Shown here in pieces: positions 19,149 to 28,348 of a stretch of 64,000 nucleotides of DNA (positions within the stretch are counted from its first letter, which is position 1; each line of letters opens with the position of its first letter). The position numbers and the translations under genes were made by a program. The DNA is from a virus. Location of the stretch: IMG/VR virus record IMGVR_UViG_3300025138_000015; one strand, given 5' to 3'. A model generated the notes under the pieces. The model was not told the DNA's origin, did no database searches, and was given only the letters and a program-made list of their open reading frames with translations.

Positions 19149-20831
19149 TTATGTTGTTGTATAATGTCCATGTATGTTTAGTTCAATTGATGTAGAGTCC
19201 ATTGTATTATAAGTCCAATACGCTGTAGTTCCGCTGTTCAAGTAGACTCCTTGTAGACTAGTGCCATTTGTTCTAAAATGTGCTTTACCAATAGCTAATC
19301 CACCTAAATTTACACAATCTCCACCTATCGTTATAATTGCTCTTTGATTCGAATCACTTGCATCTAAAGATGTAAAGGGTAATCCACTAATATTCCAGTT
19401 TGAGCCAGGTAATGAAGCTAATGTTACAGCTATTTTTGCGTGTATATGACATATATTACCAATCTTTGTATATATACCGTACATTGTTGATGAGTTTGTT
19501 GTTACATTCTGAAGAACAGGAGTCCAAGTGCCTTCTTCGTAATCGTCAAGTGCATTAGCTGCTGCTGTATCTCCATTAAATGTAATACCACCACTTGTAA
19601 GGATTCTCATTTTTTCTGAATTATTTACAAAGAACTGCATATAGTTAGTATTGTGCTGATAGCTTATTCTTCCATGAGCAGTCGTACCATCTGAATGATT
19701 AAAAGCTAAATTGCCTTGATGTGTTGAACCTGATTGAATAGTAATACCATCATTTGCATCTCCATCACCTACTACTAATTTTTGGCCAAAAGCATATCCT
19801 GTTTGAGATGTTTGCCCTATAAGTACATCTCCATCTGCAAGAATACGCATTCTTTCTGTATTTCCACCAGCAAAGAACAGTAAATCAGCTTTATTTAAAG
19901 CTGTTCCATACCCTGCTATTCCTGCACCTTCTGTAGAAGTACCTGCAGTAAAATTAATTTTTGCACCATCTCCTACTGTAGTATTAGCATTTTTAAGACG
20001 AAGTCCAACTATAGAACCAGCACCATTTGATTCAACATGAAGTTTTGCAGTTGGTGATGCAGTGCCGATGCCAACTTCTGCAGAGTTGTTCACATGAATA
20101 ACATTTGTATCATCTTCTGATTGAATGATTGTAGTCGAACCACTTGTGACAATTCCGTCTGCACTTCCAGTTTTTACCCAAGTGTTGTTGTTAGTTGTTG
20201 CATTAGTACAAACATATACATCACCAGTGTCCTCTTCTATCCATATAGCACCTGCATATGGTGGATTGGTAGTTGCATTTGGTGTCGAACTTGATATAGT
20301 ACAATCTGATAATGAGTCTAAAGTTGCACTACCGAATGATAATGTACCACTTCCGTTTGTTTTAATTACTTGACCACTTGTACCATCTGATGTTGGGAAA
20401 ACAATCGAAGCACCTGTGATACTATTAGTTGCAGTGATAGTTGTTGCAGTTAAATCTCCTACGAGTATATCTGCAAGTGCATATCCTGTTCCTGTTATAT
20501 TAACAGTCGAACCAGGTTCTACTTCAAGACCATCAAATAATTTCCATGTGGAATCTGTTGCATCTCTGAATAGACCTGTAAATTCTGTAGCACCACTATC
20601 TGATAATCCGTCATCATAATTACCATAGAACCCAATGTCTAGTGTATCTGAACTTGTATTACCGTTTGCAAGTTCTAACATTGAATCAGCTACTGAAGTT
20701 ATTGAAGAATTAACTGTTACCGATGTACCGTTAACTGTTAAATTACCTGTAATGGTTGCATTACCATCAACTTGCAAATTACTTGCTGATTCTAATCCTA
20801 GGTCTGCATAAAATTGTGATTTTGTTGCCAT
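19149..20831 (-). CDS. Tail fibre protein (560 aa)
   Basis: GNLTVNGT, FPTSDGTSGQV, VGIGTASP, ERMRI/EKMRI repeats, ALDDYEEGTWTP C-terminal domain; late promoter at 20854-20861. Confidence 0.8.
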   Translation of the reverse strand: MATKSQFYADLGLESASNLQVDGNATITGNLTVNGTSVTVNSSITSVADSMLELANGNTSSDTLDIGFYGNYDDGLSDSGATEFTGLFRDATDSTWKLFDGLEVEPGSTVNITGTGYALADILVGDLTATTITATNSITGASIVFPTSDGTSGQVIKTNGSGTLSFGSATLDSLSDCTISSSTPNATTNPPYAGAIWIEEDTGDVYVCTNATTNNNTWVKTGSADGIVTSGSTTIIQSEDDTNVIHVNNSAEVGIGTASPTAKLHVESNGAGSIVGLRLKNANTTVGDGAKINFTAGTSTEGAGIAGYGTALNKADLLFFAGGNTERMRILADGDVLIGQTSQTGYAFGQKLVVGDGDANDGITIQSGSTHQGNLAFNHSDGTTAHGRISYQHNTNYMQFFVNNSEKMRILTSGGITFNGDTAAANALDDYEEGTWTPVLQNVTTNSSTMYGIYTKIGNICHIHAKIAVTLASLPGSNWNISGLPFTSLDASDSNQRAIITIGGDCVNLGGLAIGKAHFRTNGTSLQGVYLNSGTTAYWTYNTMDSTSIELNIHGHYTTT

Positions 20832-20880
20832 AAAAGAATCTCTTGTGTTATACTATTTATAACATTTGGGAAGTGGGAAT

Positions 20881-20909
20881 AAAAAAAAGGGGAACCGAAG
20901 TTCCCCTTT
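20881..20909 (-). terminator. Rho-independent terminator with cUUCGg tetraloop
   Basis: Minus strand GGGGAAC-TTCG-GTTCCCC followed by T8. Confidence 0.9.
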
Positions 20910-20929
20910 CCGTATAATATAAAGAAGTC

Positions 20930-21340
20930 TTACGCTGAAACTAATACTCTATGAATATTAATTACTGTAGAACTGCTTGACGCTGGAGTTATCCTTAATC
21001 TTGCATCTGTTCCAGAAATATCTGAATCAAATGATGCCAAATTGGCAGATTTAAGTGTACCATACTGTGTCATCGTCACATTACTTCCGTCATGTACCAA
21101 TACTATCTCTGTGGAATGGAAATCCGAACCACTTGACATTGCTACAATGTATCTCGCTGCTCTATAAGAAGCATGAGCAAAGGTATCTAAATTTACCTCT
21201 GTAGTTGCAGTTGTTGTCAAAGAACTTGAAGTCCTATGTTTAGTATCTAGTTCTTTAGAAGTAGTGATAACATCAGCAGATGAATCATAAGAGAAGACTC
21301 TTATTAACTCTGCGATTTTAAATGCATTTGTTTTAGCCAT
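20930..21340 (-). CDS. Virion structural/adaptor protein (136 aa)
   Basis: Domain ARY...HSTEIVLVHDG...QYG...RLRITP is paralogous to the C-terminus of the 275-aa neighbour. Confidence 0.7.
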   Translation of the reverse strand: MAKTNAFKIAELIRVFSYDSSADVITTSKELDTKHRTSSSLTTTATTEVNLDTFAHASYRAARYIVAMSSGSDFHSTEIVLVHDGSNVTMTQYGTLKSANLASFDSDISGTDARLRITPASSSSTVINIHRVLVSA

Positions 21341-21350
21341 TTTCTACTCC

Positions 21351-22178
21351 TTAACTATGTCTAATTTGGAAAGTATCCACTGTTGTGTTAGTGTTTGCAG
21401 GTGTAATGAGAAGTCTCATATTACCTGAGTTAACATCTGAACTCAAAGTGAAAAGTGAAGATGATGAAAAGACATCACCGTATTGTACAAAATATGCACT
21501 AGTACCATCATTTATCAATAGAACCTCAGCTGCGTGAGTTCCTGCTGATGCGTGAGTAGCATTAATTACATATTTAACCGCTTTATTCGCGACTGCGTTA
21601 GATGATAAGACCTGATTAGCAGTAGTTGCTGTCAATGCAGTAGCAGTAAAGAAACCTTCTACAAGGTTACTTGCCGCTGTGATTGCAACAACTTGAACAA
21701 CATCACCAGATAAGCCATTCTCAGCAAGTGTTATAACAGTCGAAGAGGTTGTAGTATAATCTGCACCACCTCCAACTAATTTAACACCGTTTATGAATAC
21801 CTGTTCTGAACCAGCTTGATAAACGAGAGAGTTTGAACTATCATCGTTTCCAGTGATTGATGTTGTAGTGCTTGATAATGTATATGTGAATATAACAATA
21901 CCACTACTAGGTTGGTCTGCCCAATCTAAAGCTCCTGAACCGTTAGTCTTTAAGACCTGATTCGAAGAACCATCATTAGTCGGGAATGAGAATGCGTCGT
22001 TAACAGTAAGAGTTGCTGGATTTGACCCAACTTCTACAACTGAAGCAGAACCATCGTTCTTTTCAGTATAGAATCTACCATGATAAGTGTTGACTGCTAA
22101 TTCACCTAGTGTTAAATCACTAGTTGCAGGCACACTGTTCTGAGTAGAACTTCTTTTAAATTGAATTACTGTTGCCAT
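21351..22178 (-). CDS. Fibre/adaptor protein with Mtd_N-like N-terminus (275 aa)
   Basis: MATVIQFKRS...LGELAVN; QVFINGVKL; C-term EVLLINDG...QYG domain. Confidence 0.7.
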   Translation of the reverse strand: MATVIQFKRSSTQNSVPATSDLTLGELAVNTYHGRFYTEKNDGSASVVEVGSNPATLTVNDAFSFPTNDGSSNQVLKTNGSGALDWADQPSSGIVIFTYTLSSTTTSITGNDDSSNSLVYQAGSEQVFINGVKLVGGGADYTTTSSTVITLAENGLSGDVVQVVAITAASNLVEGFFTATALTATTANQVLSSNAVANKAVKYVINATHASAGTHAAEVLLINDGTSAYFVQYGDVFSSSSLFTLSSDVNSGNMRLLITPANTNTTVDTFQIRHS

Positions 22179-22206
22179 CTGTATTCTCCGTTAGAATTAA
22201 GCGTTA

Positions 22207-23805
22207 TTAAAATGTTCCGCCATCTATAGCTGTGACTGTAACCGCACCACTAGATACTGTAAAGTTTGCAGAAGCAAAACTTGCAATACCTTTTGCTGAT
22301 GTAGTTGCGTCATTGATAGCTACATCTCCTGAACTTACAGTGAAGTAAGAACCTGAGAAACTTGCGATACCTTTATTGGAATCAGTTGCATCTTCTGCTG
22401 AAAGAGTGATAGCACCTGCACCATTACTGATGTCAAGTCCTTCTCCTGCAGTTAAAGTAGCAGCGTCAAATACTCCTGATGAAGTATCTCCAATTAATAA
22501 CTGACCATCTGTCGGAGCTGAACCTGCATAAGAGTCAATACTTCCACTTAGAGATGCGTTAGCAACTGTTAAGTTTCCGAATTTACCTGCCATAGCAGTT
22601 CCAGAGAATACTGATGAACTATCTGTTGCACTTGAAAGAGCAACAAAAGAACCGTCTGTATCATCCATACCAAAGAAACCAATTTTAGCACCACCGGAGT
22701 TGTACTTAAATTTGATACCTCTGTCTAGGTTATCGTCTGAACTATCTGAACCAAGTTCAAATACAGGGTCAGCGATATTTACTGTTGTCGAGTTTACTGT
22801 AGTTGTAGTACCATTAACTGTCAAGTTACCTGTGACTGTTAAGTTACCAGATGTTGTTAAAGTTGCAGTTGTAATATCGTCTGATATTAAGTTTCCTGAA
22901 ACTGTTAAGTTATTTGCAATTGTGACATCGTTAGGAAGACCAACTGTTATAGTTTGTCCACTTGCTGAAGTCTCAACTTCGTTTGCTGTACCTGTGACTG
23001 TTAATGATTGAGTGTCTAAATCAACTGTACCTGTTCCTGAAGAACCTGCAATGTTTAAGTCGTCATCTCTATCTAAACTATCTACATAGTCTTTAACAGC
23101 AGCTGAAGTAGGTATAGTAGTGTCGTTATCGTTTGAACCGATACCTTCTGCTTGTGTTACCCATAAAGCGTCTGCTAATTTATCTAAAGTCACTGCATCA
23201 TCAGCTATCATTGCTGTTTCAACTGCTGAGTTAGCAATTGTTAAAGCACCGTTTGCAGCTAATGTTGCATCTCCTGATACGCTAACATTGTCAAATGAAT
23301 CTGAACCGTCATGCACAAGAATTTGTGCTGAACTTGGTGAAGAAATATCTGAATCCGTTGCACCTGCTAATGTAGATGTTGTTGATAAGAATGATAAGTT
23401 TCCACTACCGTCAGTTGCAATTACTTGGTTAGCAGAACCGTCTGCTGTAGGTAAAGTAAAGGTTGTTGATGCGGCTAATGTATCGGCAGATTTTAATGCA
23501 ACGAAGTTCGTTCCATTATCACTGTCTTCCATTAGTTGAACACTAGCACCTGCTGTTGAACCATTACCAACTTTAAAGTTGGATGGTGTAGCAGAAGAAC
23601 CAGAAAGAATATCAGTATAATACTTACCACCAATCGCTTGGATTAGGGGTGTAGAGTTATCTGAGTCTACTGATTCAATGAATAGTTTCGCACCAGCACC
23701 TGAATTAGACCTATCCTGTACATACGCTAATTCACCTTCCGACAAATCTGAGATTGCTGGAGCTGAGACGCCTGTACTTCTTTTAATCTGAATTACTGTT
23801 GCCAT
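22207..23805 (-). CDS. Fibre protein with Mtd_N-like N-terminus and C-terminal IDGGTF (532 aa)
   Basis: MATVIQIKRS...EGELAY; LPTADGSANQV; GNLTVNGTTTTVNS; KGIASF repeats. Confidence 0.75.
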   Translation of the reverse strand: MATVIQIKRSTGVSAPAISDLSEGELAYVQDRSNSGAGAKLFIESVDSDNSTPLIQAIGGKYYTDILSGSSATPSNFKVGNGSTAGASVQLMEDSDNGTNFVALKSADTLAASTTFTLPTADGSANQVIATDGSGNLSFLSTTSTLAGATDSDISSPSSAQILVHDGSDSFDNVSVSGDATLAANGALTIANSAVETAMIADDAVTLDKLADALWVTQAEGIGSNDNDTTIPTSAAVKDYVDSLDRDDDLNIAGSSGTGTVDLDTQSLTVTGTANEVETSASGQTITVGLPNDVTIANNLTVSGNLISDDITTATLTTSGNLTVTGNLTVNGTTTTVNSTTVNIADPVFELGSDSSDDNLDRGIKFKYNSGGAKIGFFGMDDTDGSFVALSSATDSSSVFSGTAMAGKFGNLTVANASLSGSIDSYAGSAPTDGQLLIGDTSSGVFDAATLTAGEGLDISNGAGAITLSAEDATDSNKGIASFSGSYFTVSSGDVAINDATTSAKGIASFASANFTVSSGAVTVTAIDGGTF

Positions 23806-23841
23806 TTTTATTTTCCTATAAAAATTAAATTGTTATTGTTT

Positions 23842-23956
23842 GACCTGTCACTGTCGAGGTCGTGATTACATAATATATAAAAATTCTATCCTCTCACTAT
23901 GAGGGTCGATACCTTCACTGATTGGTATCCTTGATTTGTTTGTATAAGTATTTATA
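23842..23956 (-). promoter_or_regulatory. Late promoter (23949-23956) and leader with three AGUGA-loop hairpins
   Basis: Hairpins at 23908-23929, 23888-23906 and 23842-23861. Confidence 0.55.
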
Positions 23957-23959
23957 CAA

Positions 23960-24202
23960 TTAAAATGTTCCGCCGTCTATTGCAGTGGTTGTTGTCCATT
24001 TATCTGTAGATGCATCGTATGAAAGAAGTCCATCATCCGTTTCTGTTGCATTCACATCTGCAAGTTCATTGATTGACTTTGCAGATAAGTCTGCACTTCC
24101 ACCTGAACCAACTTGAACTTGTTTGGCACGAATGTTTCCTGTACCTCCGACTCTTCCTGAGATACCTGCAACTCTTGAAATTGTTCCTTTAATGTTCGAC
24201 AT
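23960..24202 (-). CDS. Short adaptor-like virion protein ending TAIDGGTF (80 aa)
   Basis: INELADVN..DDGLLSYD..KW; same C-terminal 8 aa as the 532-aa fibre. Confidence 0.7.
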   Translation of the reverse strand: MSNIKGTISRVAGISGRVGGTGNIRAKQVQVGSGGSADLSAKSINELADVNATETDDGLLSYDASTDKWTTTTAIDGGTF

Positions 24203-24204
24203 AA

Positions 24205-24540
24205 TTAACTCCGACTTACTCCTGGTGTCACTACTGCTTGTCCTTCAACGACTCTTGTGGTGACTCCACCAGGACTTGTAATATTTAAATCATATACATA
24301 TCGACCTGCTTCTAAAGAAGTGGTTTGAGTATCAGTTAAACTTAATGTGACTTGTCCATTCGATGCTGATATAGTACAATTGAATGCAACTGAGGTACTA
24401 GAAGAACTGTATGTTTTTCTTACCTGTGCAAGTGCAGAATATGAAGTCAAATCAAGGATATCTCCCGCTGCATCAGTCACATCTACTGTAATTGTGAAGT
24501 CGGTTCCTTGGTCAATATATAAATTTGCGATAATAGCCAT
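24205..24540 (-). CDS. Small Ig/BppU-N-like virion protein (111 aa)
   Basis: NLYIDQGTDF, DLTSYSALAQVRK, LSLTDTQT..L.AGRYVYDL; late promoter at 24546-24553. Confidence 0.7.
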   Translation of the reverse strand: MAIIANLYIDQGTDFTITVDVTDAAGDILDLTSYSALAQVRKTYSSSSTSVAFNCTISASNGQVTLSLTDTQTTSLEAGRYVYDLNITSPGGVTTRVVEGQAVVTPGVSRS

Positions 24541-24566
24541 ATAACTATTTATACGAAAAAAGAACT

Positions 24567-25283
24567 CTAGGAATTAGGTTCTGATAATTGTGCTGTGGGT
24601 TGAGTTTGATGTATCTTTTCTGCAGTTCCAGAATTATTTACATATACTTCTGATGCTTTTCTTAGAGTGCCATTATCATTGACATATACTTGTTTAACTT
24701 TTGCCAAAGGACCTATTGTTCTTGTACTTGGAAAAGGATTTTGATATGTGAATGGACTTCTGTTCTGATAAGTAAATGGTTGTCTATTCTGATATGTTCC
24801 AGGTTGCCTTGCATTCGCAATATAAGGTTGTTGATAACTTGTAGGATTTCTATATGTACCAGGTTGTCTATTACTATATGTAAATGGTGTTTGACCTTGT
24901 CTATCATAGGTGAAAGGTGTTCTTGCCTGATAAGTGAAAGGAGTTTGACCTTGTCTTGCATATGTGAATGGTTGTCTATTTTCATATGTGAAAGGTGTTC
25001 GACCTGTGGCATTTGCAATGTATGTACTAGGTTGTCTATTATTATATGTTCCAGGTTGTCTTGCATCCGCAATATATGGGTGTTGATATATCGCAGGTTG
25101 TCTATTATTATATTCTGCAGGTTGTCGTGCATTCGCAATATAAGGTTGTTGATATGTAAATGGATGCCTGTATGTAAAAGGTTGCCTTGCACTTGCCTGA
25201 TACGGAGTTTGAGCATTACTAGGTTGTCTTGCATTAGCAATATAAGGTTGTTGAACTATAACTGGCTGTTGTCCTGTTGGCAT
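24567..25283 (-). CDS. Tandem-repeat protein B2 with C-terminal VYVN domain
   Basis: QQPYIANARQP, PFTY, RQPGTY repeats; ends VKQVYVNDNG..SEVYVNNSG. Confidence 0.8.
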   Translation of the reverse strand: MPTGQQPVIVQQPYIANARQPSNAQTPYQASARQPFTYRHPFTYQQPYIANARQPAEYNNRQPAIYQHPYIADARQPGTYNNRQPSTYIANATGRTPFTYENRQPFTYARQGQTPFTYQARTPFTYDRQGQTPFTYSNRQPGTYRNPTSYQQPYIANARQPGTYQNRQPFTYQNRSPFTYQNPFPSTRTIGPLAKVKQVYVNDNGTLRKASEVYVNNSGTAEKIHQTQPTAQLSEPNS

Positions 25284-26683
25284 TATCTAAACCCCGCCTG
25301 TGTACCATAAGTAGACCTTAGATATATCTGACTTATATGACCTTGAACAGCACCACTGTTGCTACAAATAAAATGAGTATAGTAAGTTGTTTGACCAGTC
25401 TTACTAGCTTTAATAGTAAATATAACACCTTGTGCCTGTGTCATTCCAGTTTGTTGATTGGTATTTGACGCTGATGCTGCCATCCACATAAATTGTTTAG
25501 AACTCGATGATGAACCATTCCAAATACTATAATAAGTACCGGCAATTCTACCAGCTATTCCTGTTGCCGGTGTGACTGTATCAGAAGTACCTCCACTAGC
25601 AGTTTGACTCTGAACAGTATACTTAACATCAATATTCCATGAACTATCAATTACATTATTATTATTAAGTTCTGTTAAAGGCAAATATATGTAATAAGGA
25701 TTGTAACCATAATAATCTGCATATGCTGTGGAATTTCCACCTGAATATTCATAATATACTTTATTTTGTGTTGAACTATAACCAATAATAAACTGAGCAA
25801 AACATTGACCATGTGAATAACTAAAATTCTGAATTTGAGTAGTTTGCCATGCATAATTTGGTAATCCACTGGCCAATGGATTAGTTGGGTAAAGAGGATT
25901 ACTCGGTGAGAATGCAGAGTTTGGGCTCGTTGTCATATGTGGAGAATTAGAACCCCACCATTCGTTTGATGACATACCTACAGTTGTATTGCTAACAGTT
26001 GAAAAAGGAGCATTTGTAGGACTTAAATCTGTTGTTGTTTCAATATTTGCGGTTGCTGAACTTCCCCCACCCCAAACATCGTAAGTCACAGGAGTCCGAC
26101 TTGATACTGCCGTACTATGATTATATGTAAATGGATGTTGATATATCGCAGGTTGTCTATTATCATATGTAAACGGATTCTGACCATTACTAGGTTGTTG
26201 TGCATCAGGTGTTGCTCTTGCCTGATATGTAAATGGTGTTTGACTATTTGCAATATAAGGAGTTTGAGAATTACTTGGTTGTCTGTTTTGATATGTAAAC
26301 GGTGTTTGACTATTTGCTATATAAGGTGTCTGTGCGTTAGCAGTATATGTAAATGGGTATGGTTGTTGTGCTGATGCCTGATATGGATTTTGTCCATTTG
26401 CAATATACGGATAAGGTTGTTGTGCGTTTGCTATATAAGGTTGTCTTGCATTCGCAATATATGGATATGCCTGTTGAGCATTCGCAATGTAAGGTGTCTG
26501 ATTACTTGTAGGATTCCTGTATAGGGCAGGATTTCTATTACTATATGTAAATGGTGATTGACTATTTGCTATGTACGGTTGTTGTGCATTCGCAATGTAT
26601 GGTTGTTGTGCATTCGAAGGTTGTCTATCATTGAAAGACTGTTGAATGGTTGTACCAGTATTTACATAAATCTTGTCTGACAT
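25283..26683 (-). CDS. Repeat protein B1: N-terminal repeats plus C-terminal aromatic-rich globular domain (putative receptor-binding)
   Basis: MSDKIYVN, QQPYIANA/QTPFTY repeats over ~200 aa, then non-repetitive S/T/Y/W-rich domain. Confidence 0.78.
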   Translation of the reverse strand: MSDKIYVNTGTTIQQSFNDRQPSNAQQPYIANAQQPYIANSQSPFTYSNRNPALYRNPTSNQTPYIANAQQAYPYIANARQPYIANAQQPYPYIANGQNPYQASAQQPYPFTYTANAQTPYIANSQTPFTYQNRQPSNSQTPYIANSQTPFTYQARATPDAQQPSNGQNPFTYDNRQPAIYQHPFTYNHSTAVSSRTPVTYDVWGGGSSATANIETTTDLSPTNAPFSTVSNTTVGMSSNEWWGSNSPHMTTSPNSAFSPSNPLYPTNPLASGLPNYAWQTTQIQNFSYSHGQCFAQFIIGYSSTQNKVYYEYSGGNSTAYADYYGYNPYYIYLPLTELNNNNVIDSSWNIDVKYTVQSQTASGGTSDTVTPATGIAGRIAGTYYSIWNGSSSSSKQFMWMAASASNTNQQTGMTQAQGVIFTIKASKTGQTTYYTHFICSNSGAVQGHISQIYLRSTYGTQAGFR

Positions 26684-26687
26684 GATT

Positions 26688-28142
26688 CTATATCACAAAC
26701 CATAAGTGACCTGATGCTGTCGAACCAACTCCAGATGGAACTGTTCCTGTTATCGTTTTATCCATCACTACATTATCACCATCTATTTTAACACCTTCTG
26801 CTGTATTAACACTGATATTTATATCACCGTCCAAAGGATTTCCTGTGTTAGTATTATATGATTTGGCTAAACCTGCTTCGGCATTAATGATTGCATTAAC
26901 TCTATCATCTGTAAAATAGAAACTATTCGAACCTTCTGATACTGAGTCTGTTGTATTTGTAGGATTAACAGGTTCCCAATAATTATTACCAGCATCCCAT
27001 GCTAAAACTTGTCCAGCAGTTGGAGTAGTTGAATAATTAACATCTGATAGTGCTGAAACACCGTGATTAGTTATACTTGAAATTGTTCCTGTGACATTAC
27101 CAGTCACATTTCCGATTAAATCACCAGTCACATTGCCTGTCACTGCACCATTTAATGTTGTTGCAGTAATAGTTGTTGCATGTAAACTCTGATATCTTTT
27201 TGATGAAGAACCTAATGTTCTAGTATTATCTGAATTAGGCATTATATTTGTGTCTACAACACCATTGATTGATACTGTATCACTTGCATCACTTCCTAAG
27301 TCTACATTTCCTGTAAAACTTGCAGTTGTTCCTGTAATACCACCTGATGACAAAGTACCTACTGTTGCAGTTCCAGTGACTCCTAAGTCACCACCAATTG
27401 TTGCATCATCTGAGACTACTAAGTCATCTGATGATGATAAATGTTCTGCTGAAACTGTTCCTGAGAATGTTCCATTTACTGCACTTGTTAATGAACCACC
27501 TGATAATGATGCAGTTCCGTCTGTGACTGTTGGTGCAGTTAATACTTTACCTGTTGCAAGTGTTATGTCGTCTTCTGCATAAGTTCTACCTGCAAGTTGT
27601 AGATTAAATCCACCTTGTAGAGTTGTGGTAACAGATGAATTATCTCCTTGAAGTATAATACCATTTGAGTTAGTATTATAGATTGTGTTCTGTAATGTTT
27701 CTGTAAAGAATGAAAGTATTGCACTTGATGTTGCAGTTCCTTCAAAAGAACCTGTGTATGCATAGATTTGTATTAAATCATTAGCACTTGCCGCCGATAT
27801 CAATTGTATGTTATAATAGAAAGCACCTGCAAGTCCACCAACTTGCCAATCACTTTGTTCTTCTAATAAGACACCGTTTTTAAATACTTGAACTCTATTT
27901 CCTTTGTATTTAAGAATGTTCCCATTTGCATCTGCACCTGTGAATGTTTGTTGTCCTGCAGTTGCAGTGTATCTATATTTTCCAAAGTAGAATGCTTTGT
28001 CTTCAACTGCGTTAACAGCATCGACTAGATTTTCACCTAATGCAGGTCTTAATCCTGAAACCTCACCAACATCTACGGCAAGTTCATTATACTTCAGTCT
28101 AAATTCATCTATTGTGCTATAATTGTCTACTGTTTTAGCCAT
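26688..28142 (-). CDS. Fibre/structural protein (484 aa)
   Basis: TIDEFRLKYNEL N-term, VQVFKNGVLL, GNVTG repeats, ALSDVN, ends ASGHLWFVI. Confidence 0.75.
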   Translation of the reverse strand: MAKTVDNYSTIDEFRLKYNELAVDVGEVSGLRPALGENLVDAVNAVEDKAFYFGKYRYTATAGQQTFTGADANGNILKYKGNRVQVFKNGVLLEEQSDWQVGGLAGAFYYNIQLISAASANDLIQIYAYTGSFEGTATSSAILSFFTETLQNTIYNTNSNGIILQGDNSSVTTTLQGGFNLQLAGRTYAEDDITLATGKVLTAPTVTDGTASLSGGSLTSAVNGTFSGTVSAEHLSSSDDLVVSDDATIGGDLGVTGTATVGTLSSGGITGTTASFTGNVDLGSDASDTVSINGVVDTNIMPNSDNTRTLGSSSKRYQSLHATTITATTLNGAVTGNVTGDLIGNVTGNVTGTISSITNHGVSALSDVNYSTTPTAGQVLAWDAGNNYWEPVNPTNTTDSVSEGSNSFYFTDDRVNAIINAEAGLAKSYNTNTGNPLDGDINISVNTAEGVKIDGDNVVMDKTITGTVPSGVGSTASGHLWFVI

Positions 28143-28347
28143 TTAACTTTCCTAATATACCATGAAGTAGTTCTTTAATTTCACCTACCTCACTCTTTAA
28201 ATTATTTATCTCGTTTGCTTGGGTTTGAAAACGCATTTTTCTTTGTTTTGCAAGTTTCCATTGTTCAATATCTGTATTTACAATTGCGGATGATTCTTCG
28301 TCTCTTGCAAGATTAGAATGACCTTCAACTTGTGCATACTCATTCAT
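28135..28347 (-). CDS. Small conserved protein with C-terminal coiled coil
   Basis: VEGHSNLARDEESSAIVNTD...EINNLKSEVGEIKELL; likely start 28347. Confidence 0.7.
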   Translation of the reverse strand: MNEYAQVEGHSNLARDEESSAIVNTDIEQWKLAKQRKMRFQTQANEINNLKSEVGEIKELLHGILGKLNG

Positions 28348-28348
28348 A

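Noticed and set aside
14606-28142. Diversity-generating retroelement suggested by Mtd_N-like fibres and repeats
   Set aside because: No reverse transcriptase in the window and no template/variable repeat pair differing only at adenines was seen.
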